64,000 nt of DNA, taken from NCBI RefSeq assembly GCF_009914755.1, contig NC_060929.1; one strand, 5' to 3'. How positions within the stretch are numbered: position 1 is the stretch's first letter; each line of letters opens with the position of its first letter. The position numbers were made by a program, and so were the translations under genes. The stretch comes from the human T2T-CHM13v2.0 reference genome, Homo sapiens. Shown piece by piece: positions 25,852 through 42,771 of this stretch. The notes below the pieces were generated by a model that saw only the letters and a program-made list of their open reading frames with translations, was not told the origin of the DNA and did not search any database.

Positions 25852-26432
25852 CAGGAGTCCCCAGACCCCAGGCCATGTCCCAGTCCATGGCCTGTCAGGA
25901 GCTGCCCACACATCAGAAGGTGAGCAGTGGGCGGGAGCAAAGTTTCATTTGTTATTTACAGCCACTCCCCATTGCTTGCATTACCACCTGAGCTCCGCCT
26001 CCTGTCAGATCAAGGGTGGCATTAAATTCTCATAAGAGTGTGAACCCCATTGTGAACTGTGCATACAAGGAATCTAGGTAATGGCACTCCTTGTGAGAGT
26101 CTAATGCCTGATGATCTGCCACTGTCTCCCATCACCCCCAGCTGGCACCATCTAATTCCAGAAAAACAAGCCAAGGGCTCCCCTTGATTCTACATTATGG
26201 TGAGTTGCAGAATTATTTCATCATATATTACAATGTAGTAATAATAGAAAGAAAGGGTACAATAAATGTAATGTGCTTGGATCATCCTGAAACCACCCCC
26301 ACCACTGGATCATCCTGAAACCATCCCCACCATTGGCTCATCCTGAAACCATCCCCACCTTTCTCCTGGTCTGTGAAAAAAAGTGCCTTCCATGAAACTG
26401 GTTCCTGGTGCCATACTGGTGGGGGACCACTG
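25852..26432 (+). mobile_element. MER1A
   Basis: caggagtcccca...gggggaccactg; 8-bp TSD cccttact/cccttatt; homologous to 8614-9083. Confidence 0.92.
26278..26360. repeat. 28-bp tandem repeat, 3 copies, inside MER1A
   Basis: tggatcatcctgaaaccaYccccacca(c/t) units starting at 26278, 26306, 26334. Confidence 0.95.
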
Positions 26433-26924
26433 CCCTTATTGGCTTTTACAAAGCAATTAAGCAATTGCAATCCTTCAAAGGCACACTAAAAGACAGCAAA
26501 ATACACCTCCATAAAATCTGCTCCTTTGACATAAGGGTTACTTTGAGCTAAAGTTCATTGAGAAGAAGCAGATGCAAGAAAGGCTCTCTGAACTCTCTAT
26601 CTAGACCTCAGAGCAGGACATAATTTTACAAAGGTGTCCCTTCACTCCTAGGGTGTGTGGCAGAGGGTGGTGATGACAACAAAGTTTGATAATAGAAGAC
26701 AGTTACTTTACTCAGTAACTTTACTAAGAAGATTTGCTCTTCATGTATTTACCTTCTCATGATTTGCACCCCTTCGAAACTCTCTTTTCTTTGTCTAGAC
26801 GCTTCTCTATAAATGTATTGTGCTCTGTTGATGTTGCTATACTATATAAGCCAGAGTTCTAAGCCTCTTCTGAGAATTACTGGTTCCCTGGGTATCACCC
26901 ATGTATATATGAAATATGCATGTT

Positions 26925-28442
<1,518 letters not shown>

Positions 28443-29179
28443 GACTCCCAGCTAAAAACTCAGAAAAATAGAGGGGAAATTATTTTTCCTCCCCTACCCC
28501 ATCTAGCATGAAGCTAAGAGTGGCCTCTGGCCAACAGCCAGCTAGACAATGAGTTCCTCAGTCCAACAACCAAAAGAAACTCAATTCTGCCAACAACCAC
28601 GTGAACCTGAAAATTGATCTATTCTCAGTGGAGTCTTGAGATAAATGCAGCCCGGCTGACATCCTGATTAGTCTTGTGAAAGAGGCTAAGACTAAAGACT
28701 CACTTAAGCTGGGCCCTAAGAAACTGGGCCCTAAGTAAATGTGTGTATGCGTTTTTAAGTTGCTAGATATTTGGTAATGATGTTACACATCAATAGTTAG
28801 CCAATTCAGATTTTTATCTAATGCCAATATTGATTGAGATATTGGATAAATGGTAGAATTAAATGCACAGTGAAGAGTAAACCTCCATGCAGAAGACAGC
28901 TAACAAGGCAAGGAGATGAGAAGCAACAACATTCTTATAGGGATGTAAGTGTTTTGTGTTGCAGGAGCAGCTATTCCAAGAAAGTTTCAGGTAGAAAATC
29001 AGAAAGCAGCCAAAACCCAGAGGAGGTTATATATCAATTCAGGGGACTTGGGCTTTGAATCATTCTTGTCATGTCACAGTGTAGATGGAGCAGAAGAAAG
29101 AGAAGTTTGGGTGTGATTTAGAGAGATAATGCTTATAAAGAGGAAAAATGTAGGACAAGCAAGATTAGTAATATATTAG

Positions 29180-29445
29180 TAATGGCTAGTATTTATTGGG
29201 CACTTACGTGACAGGAACTCTTCTACTTCATTAACGTCTACAAGCCTCACTGATGTGACAGGAACTTCTCTACCTCATTTAACATCCATAAGACTCCTCT
29301 GTACATTTTATTTGGAATCATTTCTAATATGAGGAAATTGAGGTAAGGAGAAATTAAGTTAAATTATGAAAGGTGCAGAGCTAATAAGTTGCACTGCCAA
29401 GATTTGAATGTAATCAGATATTCCCCAGAAACCGTGTGCTGCCCC
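29180..29445 (-). mobile_element. MIR with internal ~47-bp duplication
   Basis: atttattgggcacttac...atgaggaaattgaggt...gatttgaa; gtgacaggaact unit repeated at 29208 and 29255. Confidence 0.7.
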
Positions 29446-31176
29446 TCTACAGAGGTGCCTGAACTGCTATAGTGATACAGTCAATCACTGAAGAAATCTA
29501 GGAGAGAATGAATTAAAGAGAATTCTGATCACAAAAGTATTCCATCAACTTCCAAATTCCTGGCTTCCTATTCATCCATCCATTCATCTCCCTCCTTTTG
29601 ACGATATGAGTCATGTCCCATTTCTTATCTCTGCCTCTTTTCTCAGTTCTGTCTTCTCTCACACTCTCAGTATTCTTTCCATCCAACATCTCTCTTGCCA
29701 GAAACCCCATACTGTTTCTCTCTTCTTGCCTCTACCCATTAGGATTTAAAGTTTAATTTTTAGTTCATGCAAAATTCTTTTGATTTGGGGTAGGGTGGAG
29801 TGGGTAATAAATCTTTATCTTCTACTGGCAATTTTCTCCCCTTTCACTGAGAGGTATTCTCAGGTGATGAGCTCAAAGGGAGAATAATATGAATTAAAAG
29901 TACTGGTGCCTTGTCTTTCTCGCTTGCGTGTTTATCTTTAATGTGTGCATTGCCATTCAGGCCTGGCACCACTGTCAGAAGGTAAGAACAATAGGAAGTT
30001 CATTTGAATTTAGACATAAGGGGAATGGGCCAGAGGCAGCTTGCCCAGGTTTGATTTGTTATAGGTCACCTGGGCCAAAGTAAAGCAACTTTACCTGGGA
30101 TTCAGCTTAGCTCAAACTGGATGAGGTGCAAACACATCATAAATATGACAGGCTGTTGCCTTGATTGTTGTCGTTCCTAAGTTTTCCCCATGACAATAGT
30201 TTGACAATCTGGATTCAAATACTATTTATTGCTTATAAGCAACGGGGCCATAGGAAAATTCCTTCTCCTTTATTTCATTTTCCCAACTCCATGATAAAAC
30301 CTACCCCATATAATTTTCTTTAAATTTAATTTAATTATATTTTATTTTAAGGTCCAGGGTGTATGTGCAGGACATGCAGGTTTGTTACATAGATAAGCAT
30401 GTGCTATGGTGGTTTGCTGCACCTATCAACCCGTCACCTAAGTATTAAGCTCAGCATGCATTAGCTATTTTTCCTGATGCTGCCCCTCCTCCTATACCCC
30501 CAATGGGCTCCAGTGTGTTATTCTCCTTCATGTGTCTATGTGTTCTCATTGTTTATCTCCCACTTATTAATGAGAACATGCAGTATTTGGTTTTCTGTTC
30601 CTGCATTATTCTGCTGAGGATAATGGCTTCCAGCTCCATCCATGTACCTGCAAACGACATGATCTCATTCCTTTTTTATGGCTGCATCGTATTCCATGGT
30701 GCATATGTACCACATTTTCTTTTTCCAGTCTATCATTTGTGGGCATTTGGATTGATTCCGTGTCTTTACTATTGTGAATAGTGCTGCACTGAACATACAA
30801 GTGTATGTATCTTTATAATAGAATGATTTATATTCCTTTGGGTATATACCCAGTAGTGGGGTTGCTGGGTCAAATGGTATTTCTGGTTCTAGGCATTTGA
30901 GGAATCACCACACTGTCTTCTACCATGGTTGAACTAATTTACATTCCCACCAACAATGTAAAAGTGTTCCTAGTGCTTTGCAGCCTCCCCGACATCTATT
31001 GCTTCTAAACTTTTTAATAATTGCCGTTCTGACTTGGGCGGCATGGTATCTCAATGTGGTTTTGATTGCATTTCTTTAATAATCAGTGATGTTGAGCTTT
31101 TGTTCATCTCTTTCTTGGTCACTTGTCTTTTGAGAAGGGCCTGTTGATGTCCTTTGCCTGCTTTTTGACAGGGTTG

Positions 31177-31546
31177 TGTATCAGTTCTTGTGCTGCTATT
31201 AAGAAATAGCCAAGACTGGGTAATTTATAAAAGAAAGAAGTTTAATTGACTCACAGTTCTGCAGGGCTGGAGAGGCCTCAGAAAACTTACAATCATGTTG
31301 GAAGAGGAAGAAAACACATCCTTCTTCACATGGCAGCAGCAAGAAGAAGTGCCAATAAGAAGGGGAGAAGTCCCTTATAAAACCATCAGATCCCCTGAGA
31401 ACTCCCTCATTACCATGAGAACGTCATAAGGGTAACAGCCCCCATGATTCAATTACTTCTTACCGGGTCCCTTTTATGACATGTGGGCAATATGGGAACC
31501 ACAATTTAAGATGACACTTGGATGCAGACAAAGCCAAACGGTATCA
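31177..31546 (-). mobile_element. THE1C/D solo LTR inside L1 ORF2
   Basis: tgta...gactgggtaatttataa...agccaaacggtatca; perfect 5-bp TSD ggttg. Confidence 0.94.
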
Positions 31547-32633
31547 GGTTGTTTTTTTCTTGTAAATTTGTTTAACTTCATTGTAAACTCTGAATATTAT
31601 ACCTTTGTCAGATGAATAGGTTGCAAAAGTTTTTTTCCCCATTCTGTAGGTTGTCTGCTTGCTCTGATGATATTTTATTTACCTGTACAGAAGGTCTTCT
31701 GTTTAATTAGATTCTATTTGTCAATATTTACTTTTGTTGCAATTGCTTTTGATGTTTTTGTCATTAAATCTTTGCTCATGTCTATGTCCTGAATGGTATT
31801 GCCTAGGCTTTCTTTAGAGTTTTCATAGTTTTTGGTTTTACATTTAAGCCTTAATCCATCTTGAGTTAATTTTTGCATAAGATATACAGAAGGGGTCCAG
31901 TTTTAATTTTCTGCATATGGCTAGTCAGTTATCGCACCACCATTTATTAAGTAGGGAATCCTTTCCCCATTGCTTGTTTTTGTCAGGTTTGTCAAAGATC
32001 AGATGGTTGTAAAGGTGTGGTCTTATTTCTGAGTTCTCTATTCTGTACCATTGGTCTATATTTCTGTTTTTGCACCACTACCAAGCTGTTTTGGTAACTG
32101 TTGCCTTGTAATATAGTTTGAAGTCAGGTAGCATGATGCCTCTAGCTCTGTTCTTTTTGGTTAAGATTGTCTTGGCTATATGGGCTCTTTTTGGTTCCAT
32201 ATAAATTTAAAAATCATTTTTTTCTAATTCTGTGAAGAATGTTAATGGTAGTCTGATGGGAATAATGTTGGAACTATAAATTACTTTGGGCTGTAAGGCC
32301 ATTTTCATGACATTGATTCTTCCTATGTATGAGGATGAAATGTTTTTCCATTTGGTGTGTCCTCTCTGATTTCCTTGAGCAGTAGTTTGTAGTTCTCCTT
32401 GAAGAAGTCCTTCACTTCCCTTGTTAGCTATATTCCTAGGTATTTTTTTCTCTTTGCAGCAATTGCGAATGGGAGTTCATTCATGATTTGGCTCTCATCT
32501 TGCCTGTCACTGGTGTATAGAAATGTTTGTGACTTTTGCACATTGATTTTGTGTCCTGAGAATTTGCTGAAGTTGCTTATCAGCTTAAGAAACTTTTGGG
32601 CTGAGATGATGGAGTTTTCTAGATATATGATCA

Positions 32634-32804
<171 letters not shown>

Positions 32805-33145
32805 TCAAGGGGAATGCTTCTGGCATTCAGTATAATGTTGGCTGCAGGTTTGTCATAAATGGCTCTTATTGTTTTGATGTATGTTTCTTCAATATCTAAT
32901 TTATTGAGAGTTTTTAACATGAAGGGATGTTGGATTTTGTTGAAGGCCTTTTCTGTATCAATTGAGATAATCATGTGGGTTTTGTCTTTAGTTCTGTTTA
33001 TGTGATGAATCACGTTTATCGATTTGCATATGTTGAACCAGGCTTGGATTCCATGAATAAGGCAAATTTGATGGTGCTGGATAAGCTTTTTGATGTGCTG
33101 CTGGATTTGCTTTGCCAGTATTTTATTGATGACATTTGCATCTAG

Positions 33146-33481
<336 letters not shown>

Positions 33482-33578
33482 AATTTTCTTTTTTTGTTGT
33501 ATCTCTACCAGGTTTTGTTATCAGGATGATGCTGGCCTCATAAAATGAGTTAAGGAGGCCCTCCTTTTTAATTGTTTA

Positions 33579-33677
<99 letters not shown>

Positions 33678-36600
33678 CTACTAATTACTGCCTCAATTTC
33701 AGAACTCATTGTTGGTCTATTCAGGGATTCACCTTCATGGTTCAGTCTTGGGAGTGTATATATGTCCAGGAACTTGTTCATTTCTTCTAGATTTTCTAGT
33801 TTATTTGCATAGATGTGTTTATAGTATTCGCTGATGGTTGTTTGCATTTCTGTGGGGACAGTGTTAATATCTCCTTTATCATTTTTTATTGTGTCTATTT
33901 GATTCTTCTCTCTTTTCTTCTCTATTAATCCAGCTAGAAGTCTACTTATTTTATTAATTTTTTTCAAAAAACCAGCTCCTGGATTCACTGATTCTTTCAA
34001 GAGTTTTTTTAATCTCTATCTCCTTCAGCCCCACACTGATCTTGGTCATTTCTTGTCTTCTGCTAGCTTTGGGGTTTGTTTGCTCTTCGTTCTCTCATTC
34101 TTTTAGTTGTGATGTTAGGATGTCGATTTGAGATATTTCTAGCTTTTTGATGTGTCAATTTAGTGCTATAAATTTTCCTCTTAATACTGCTTTAGCTGCA
34201 TCCCAGATGTTCTGGTACATTGTCATTTTGCTCTCATTAGTTACCAAGAATTTCTTGATATCTACCTTAATTTCATTATATACCCTGAGTTATTCAGAAA
34301 CAAATTGTTCGATTTCCATGTAGTTGTGTGGTCTTGACTAGGTTTCTTAATCTTGAATTCTGATTTAATTGCACTGTGGTCTGAGAAAATGTTATTATTT
34401 CAGTTATTTTGCTTTTGCTGAGGAGCGTTTTACTTCCAATTATGTGATCAGTTTTAGAGTGAGTGCCATGTGGTGCTGACAAGAATGTATATTTTGTTGT
34501 TTTGGGGTGGAGAGTTCTGTAGATATCTCTCAGGTCTACTTCATCCAGAGCTGAGTTCAAGTCCTGAATATCTTTTTTTTACATTTTTTTTGTCTCGGTG
34601 ATCTAATGTTGATGTTGGTGTGTTAAAGTCTCCCACTATTATTGTGTGGGAGTCTAAATCTCTTTGTAGGTCTGTAGGTACTTATTTTATGAATTTTGGT
34701 GCTCCTGTATTGGGTGCATATATATTTAGGATAGTTAGCTCTTCTTGTTGAATTGAACTCTTTACCATATGTAATGCCCTTCTTCATCTTTGTTTATCTT
34801 TGTTGGTTTAAAATCTGTTTTGTCAGAAACTAGAATTGCAAACCCTGCTTTATATTGTTTTCCGTGTGCTTGGTAAATTTTCCTCGATTTCCTTATTTTG
34901 AGCCTAGGTGTGTCTCTGCACTTGAGATGGGTCTCTTGAATACACACACAGATGGGTCTTTACTCTATCCAGCTTGCCATTCTGTGTCTTTTAATTGGGG
35001 CATTTAGGCCATTTACCTTTAAGCATAATATTGTTATGTGTGAATTTGATCGTGTCTTCATGATTCTGGCTGGTTACTTTGCAGATTTGTTAATATAGTT
35101 GCTTCATAGTGACATTGGTCTGTGTACTTCGGTGTGTTTTTGTAGTGGCTGGTAATGGTGTTTCTTTTTCATATTAAGTGTTTCTTTTGGGAACTCTTGC
35201 AAGGCAGGTCTGGTGGTGATGAATTCCCTCAGCATTTGCTTGTCTGAAAATGATTTTATTTCTCCTTCATTTATGAAGCTTAGTTTGGCCAAATATGAAA
35301 TTCTGGGTTGAAAATTATTTTCTTTAAGAATATTGAATATTGGCCCTCATTCTCTTCTGGCTTGTAGGGTTTTCCCTGAAAGGTCTGCTGTTCATCTGAT
35401 GGGCTTTCCTTTGTAGGTGAACTGGCTTTTCTCTCTAGCTGCCCTTAACATTTTTTCTTTTTATTTCAAATGTGGAAAATCTGATGATTATGTGTCTTGG
35501 GGTGGATCTTCTCATTGGGTATTTTACTGGAGTTGTCTGGATTTCCTGAATTTCAATATTGGCCTGTCTTTCTAGGTTTGAGAAGTTCTTCTGGATGATA
35601 TCCTGAAGTATGTTTTTCAATTTGATTCCATACTCCTCATCTTTCAGGTGCCCCAATCAGTCATAAGTTTAGTCTTTTTACATAATCTCACAGTTCTCGG
35701 AGGTTTCATTTCTTTTCTTTTTTTCTCTCTAATCTTGTCTGCCCATCTTATTTCTGCAAGATAGTCTTTAAGCTCTGAGATTCTCTCCTCCACTTTGTCT
35801 ATTTGGCTATTGATACTTGTGGTTGCATTGTAAAGTTCTCATGTTGTGTTTTTCAGCTCTATCACATCATTTATGTTCCTCTCTAAACTAGTTGTTCTGG
35901 TTAACAGCTCCTGTAATGTTTTATCATTGTTCTTAGCTTCTTTGCATTAAATTAGAACGTACTCCTTTAGCTCAGCAAAGTTCATTATTACCCACTTTCT
36001 AGAGCCTATTTCTGTCAATTCATCCATCTCAGCCTCAGCCCAGTTCTGTGCCCTTACTGAAGAGGTGTTGCAATCATTTGTAGGAGAGGAGACACTCTGG
36101 CTTTTTGAATTTTCAGCATTTTTACTTTATATTTTCTCATCTTAATAGGTTTATCTACCTTCAATGTTGAAGCTGTTGACCTCTGGATGGGGTTCTTGTA
36201 GGGTCCTTTTGTTGCTGTTGTTGTTTTGTTGCTGTTGCTTTCTGTTTGTTTGTTTTTCTTTTAACAATCAGGCCCCTCTTCTGCAGGGTTGCTGTGGTTT
36301 GCTGGGGGTCCACTCCAGACTCTATTCACCTGTGTCCCTCCTGCACTTGGAGGTATCACCAGTGGAGGCTACAGAATAGTAAAGATGGCTGCCTGCTCCT
36401 TCCTCTGGGAGCTCTTTCCCAGAGGAACACCAATCTGATGCTGGTGGGAATTCTCCTGTATGAAGTGTCTGGTGACCTCTGTTGGGAGGTCTCACCCAGT
36501 CAAGAGGCACAGGATCAGGGACCTGCTTAAAGAAGCAGTCTGACTGCCCTTTGGTGGAGCAGGTGTGCTGCACTGCGGGGGAATTTCACTCATCCAGACT

Positions 36601-38219
36601 GCCCTGATTCCTCAGAGCCCGCCGGGGGAAAGACTAACTCTGCTGATCTGTAGAGACCCTGGCAGTCCCTCCTCCCGGGGGTTCTGTCCCAGGGAAATCA
36701 AACTTCTGTTCCTAAACTCCTGGCTGGAGCTGCAAAAATTCCCACTGGGAGGCCCTGCCTGATGAGGAAGAATGAATCTGGGTCTCACCTAAGTAAGCAG
36801 CCTAGCCACGATCTGTCACAGCATCAATCTGGGTCTCAGCTAAATAAGCAGTCTAGCCATGATCTGCCACAGCCGTTGTGCTGTGCTGTGGGGAATTCCA
36901 CACAGTCCAAACCGTCCAGTCTCCCCATTACTGACAGGGGAAAACAGCTGATGTGAGCTGCAGTGATGGTGGTCTTTCCTCTCCCCAGGAACTCAGTTGT
37001 CTTAGGTGGTCTCCAGCCTGCTGCCACAACCCGACCGGCCCGAAGAGTCTACACAACTCTGTGCTTGGGACCCAGGGTCCTGGTGGCGTGGGCTCATACG
37101 AGGATTTCCAGATCTGTGAGTTGCACAGATCCATGGGAAAAGCATGGTTTCCCTGGTAGGGTAGCATAATCACTATCTACCTCCCTTGGCTGCCGGTGGG
37201 AGTGCCCCTTACCCAGGATAGCTCCTGGGTGGGCTGTCGCTCCACACTGCTTTTCCTCTCTCTCCATGAGTCCTGACAACAGCCTAGTCAGTCCAAATGA
37301 GAAAACATGGACACCTCAGCTGAAGATGCAGGATTCACTCACCATATTTGTTCTTCTCAGTGGGATCCGCAGACCGGAGCTGCTTGTAATCGGCCATCTT
37401 ATCTCATAGAATTTAGATGACAACATTCACGGTAAGAGAGTCTGGCTCACACCAAGCACTCACATAGCAAAATCCACAAAAGCAGCGTCAGCGTGCAATT
37501 TGATTTAAAGACAGATTGTTTTAATACAATTGAATAGGACCTATTATTATATTTTGGTTTGAGCCTGACCAGTTGATATAAGCAGGTGAAGTAAACTGGA
37601 GAACATATTTCCTAAAATGCAAAAGAAACTAGTAACTTATAATGAATACAGGAAATCACTTGAAATAAGTTTTAAACAAATTACACTCTTTTGCAATAGC
37701 TGTTCCGAAAGTTGAATATAAATTGAAATCACTATCAATACTGTCTCGTAGTATACGAAATCATTAGGGCACCTCTTCACCCATCAAGTTATTTTTACCA
37801 AGATTATTTTCATGTTATCATGACACATATAGAATGGAGAGAATTAGACGTTTTAGTGAGTAGATTAACATTAAGATTATTTTAAATATTTATCTAGATC
37901 ATAAATATAAGGTATATTTCTATAATGATTTTGTAATCTGTGCTGTATCCTTACTCTTGATTTGGCTATGATTTCTCCCACATTCAACACAGAAGCAAAA
38001 TTAAAAAGGAAGAAACTCAGTATGCTCACAAAATATTATGTTTAGCATCCCTATTTTAATGATTGAACATAACAGAGTGTATACTGTGAACGAAGACCTG
38101 GGCCTGTCCAGGATTTACAACTAACAAAGAACAAACCTCCTGGCCACTATTTCACTGTTTCCAACTGTGCCTGCAAATATCAAGTTGGGGGTTTATGTCT
38201 CACTTTAAACTTTGTCTCA

Positions 38220-38380
38220 TTCCCTTAACCTTGTAATGTCATAGTTTCCTTATCAGTAAAATGAAGATGATAATTGCACTACTTCACCAGGTTACTTATA
38301 AAATTCAATTACATACTATATGAAGTATCAGACACAATGCATAGCATAAAGCAAGAATTCAAATAACTGTAATTTTATTC
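38220..38380 (+). mobile_element. MIR
   Basis: agtttccttatcagtaaaatgaagatgataat core. Confidence 0.7.
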
Positions 38381-38525
38381 AGGGCACATGTAGAAATCAC
38401 TCAGCTGGAGCATCACCTCTAAGCCTGTAACATAGAAAGCAAACATGTTTCTTCTGTGTTGAGCAACTTCTTTATTTCTAACTTTTATTTTAATTTCAAA
38501 GGTTCATGAGCAGGATGATCCAGCT

Positions 38526-38863
<338 letters not shown>

Positions 38864-39698
38864 TGACTAATGAATAGAATCCAGATGCTGAAGGGAGGGA
38901 GGGAAAAAGCACAGAGAGGTTGGCTGAGAATGAGTACTGATGAAATATAACTTGGTTAGAAGTACAGGCAAAAATAATAAACTCTGTCTGTTAGAGACAG
39001 TATTAATAACTTTTCACAGTTTATGTTTGATTCTAAGTCTTCTTGCCTTGACACTCTGTTGACTTATTTATTTTTTTTTATTTCATGGAACATCTTGCAA
39101 TAAAAAACAGAAAAATGTCAAGCACGCAGCTACAGCAGTGTGAACTACTTTGAAGTTTGAAAGCAACCTGTGTAGGTAAGTCTGATTTTTATTTAATCAT
39201 TAAAATCTTTAAGATCTTTCTGTTTTTTCTTTTTAAATTCCACACAATATATCATGTAAGGGGTTTCTAAACTTTCTGAGATATGCACTGTGAGCCAGCA
39301 AGTCTTTTCAGCCAAAAATAAATACAGAAATAAAATAAAACTCCCTAATGTTTAGAGATGATGAGCAAAGAATTAGATAAAAAAACATTAATTAGGATGG
39401 CCTGAAATGGTTTTATACTTAGTACAGACAATAAAAATAAATCATTTTCTGTGAGACTTATTCCTAGGCAAAAGTGTCAATGGATTGATATAAATATACT
39501 AAATATGTTGTTGATTTGTTGATATTACCCTTGGAGAAAATATAGATGATTATAAACAGTTCATTAGTTTTTACATATCTTTACTAAAACTCTGTGTGTA
39601 AATTAAATATAGAAGAGACAAATAATGGATTCCCATCTTGTTAGAGCAAAGGCTTACTCTCTCAGTCAGAAGATGAAAAATTGGACTTTGTTATTTAG

Positions 39699-40040
<342 letters not shown>

Positions 40041-40265
40041 GACAAATCTTATCAGTAATTGAATGTACTCTACCAATTTTAGATCAAATGACTGTCAAAA
40101 AAGATAACTATTTCCCAGTTTTTCACATTTAATGATTCACAGTTCAACTTTAATTCTGTTGTTGGTGAGAATGGTTATTCTTTTCTATTCTTTGTCTTTG
40201 AACTTCTAAGTTCATATGCATTTGTAATTTCAAGTTTAAAAGTACAGAGTTATAAAAGAAAATAA

Positions 40266-40664
<399 letters not shown>

Positions 40665-41490
40665 TGATGCTGAGATCTACACATTCTATAACTTCTAAAA
40701 GCACTTCTGCTTCCAGGTTTTTATTTCCCTTGCCACTCAGAATTTAAATCAATTAATAAGATTCAATAAATCTTGAAATTGCAATACAAATTTAATGGTA
40801 CATATTGACCTTCCATTTTGTTTTTTCAGGACAAGCTCAAGAGGGCTATCTAACGGCAGGAACAATGAGAACCATCATTTGATGGTTCTCCAAGACTTCT
40901 CCAAGAAGTCTACATCCCAACAGCACCTTATAAATAAATAGCCTCAGAAGAACAAGTGCTGCTATTCCCCACTGAAGACTTCCTTCTAGGCAACAATGCT
41001 TGTAGTGACAACAAGCAAGAGAAACAAGATTTTCAAATACTCAGTTCAATTTTTTCAATTAGATCTATGCCTGCAAGCTAATCAGCAAACCTGCAATAAC
41101 CAGGAAAGTCCCTTTCTGGTCTGTTCAGAATCATTCCCTTTTAATCACAGCCCAAGTCCTCCCAATCTCTCTCCTGTGTGTGCTGTATGTATTTCTTTCA
41201 AACTCCTCCTGGAAACTTGGCCTTGACTTAGAGCTAGTTAGACCACAGGTCACCCTATCATCACTCCAGGAATGCTGCATGGAAGAGACCAGTGTGCAGA
41301 GGGGATCTCACTAACCTGTGCTCTGCTTTGCTGAAACCCAGCTCGGTTCTGGGCTCACCTCGGTTGTGAGATAGCAAGAATGTAATATCATTTCAGCCAC
41401 TTCTTGTTTTTGCTTCTCACAATAGCTTGCTGACTGGCATAGATTTTATTAGAAACAGTCAACTTGATAACAATGATATTGTTATCAGTC

Positions 41491-42552
41491 AAAAATGATA
41501 ACAGTAGTATTAATCAAATAATTATATTATTTTATATCACCGAATACATTGATCTATTCATAATATTGAATTTGTTATGTAATTTTATTTACTATATTTA
41601 TTTTTGTATTTACAATATTTTCACTCAATTTTCATGTTTATTTAATATCATTGAAGATAAAATTGTCTATATTTTATTAGCATACTCTTATGTGTATTAT
41701 ATATTTTAAATTTTATCCATAGTTTATGATTATTTCTGTTTAACAAACATGTAAAATCGAATAATTTATTATGCATTTCCCTCTAAAATTATTTCCAACT
41801 ACATACTACGTACCTGATATTGGACCTATATATCCTCCCAAATTCAAGAAGTAGTTTTCTTACTTAAATAAAATTGCCCATAACTAAAGAAAAAAGGTAG
41901 TGTTTCTTCTCATTGGTTTTAATTACAACTTTCCTCTTCCCTATAAAATCATTTTATGATTTGAGAATGACATTAACTTTATTATGCTATATTATTATAA
42001 AGGTGATTCCTGTTGATGGTAAATTTAATTTCAATCACAGGAATAGTACTTATAGTGTCATATCTGTCATCTTGATTTATAATTTCTGTTTCAAATGCTT
42101 TCTTACTTTTTTTACTTTCCATTTGTGATGTTATCAAAGTTATTTTTTTAAGGTCACTATACACTCTGCAGACACCCACTGATTTGAAAAATGTAAAGTT
42201 ATTTTATTTTTATATTTTTACCAGTACTTGTTTTTACAACTTTAGGTAATCCTACTCCTTAAGTTAATAACGTTAGAAATTTTAAAATAAAGCACTACTA
42301 ATGTATCCTTATAAAATAAAATAACTTGATACTTATCCTTCCAATTCTTGCTTCTAAAGCACACATTGGTTTGTATGACCTTGAATTTTTGTCACCAGCT
42401 CAAAAGGTAAAATGATAACAAATAGTATTAATCAAATAATTATAATTATTATTTTATATCTCCGAATACATTGATCTATTCATAATATTGCACTTGTTAT
42501 GTAATTTTACTATATTTATTTTTGTACTTACAATATTTTCACACAATTTTCA
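41491..42552. repeat. Dispersed direct repeat, two ~144-bp copies (41491-41634 and 42409-42552)
   Basis: Both read aaaatgataaca..tagtattaatcaaataattat...ccgaatacattgatctattcataatattg...tacaatattttcac.caattttca. Confidence 0.95.
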
Positions 42553-42771
42553 AAACCATATTAATACAACTTTATCATTTGTAGATTCTTGTTTTGCTCA
42601 GTGACTCCAGTTGCTCAATAGCAGTCAGGGTCAAGTAGATTTTGTTTTAAAGGTCAGTATTCTTCCAGCATTTTTGATATCTTAGAGGATATTCTACATG
42701 GTCATCCCATAACAATTTGTCTGGCTACGGGATTATTTGTCACACTCACTTTCAAAAATAGTACTGTAAAT

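Noticed and set aside
26278-26360. 28-bp repeats as a CRISPR-like array
   Set aside because: Units are contiguous with no spacers, lie inside MER1A, and the DNA is primate.
29975-29990. Splice donor AAG|GTAAGA
   Set aside because: Isolated motif with no convincing acceptor or frame.
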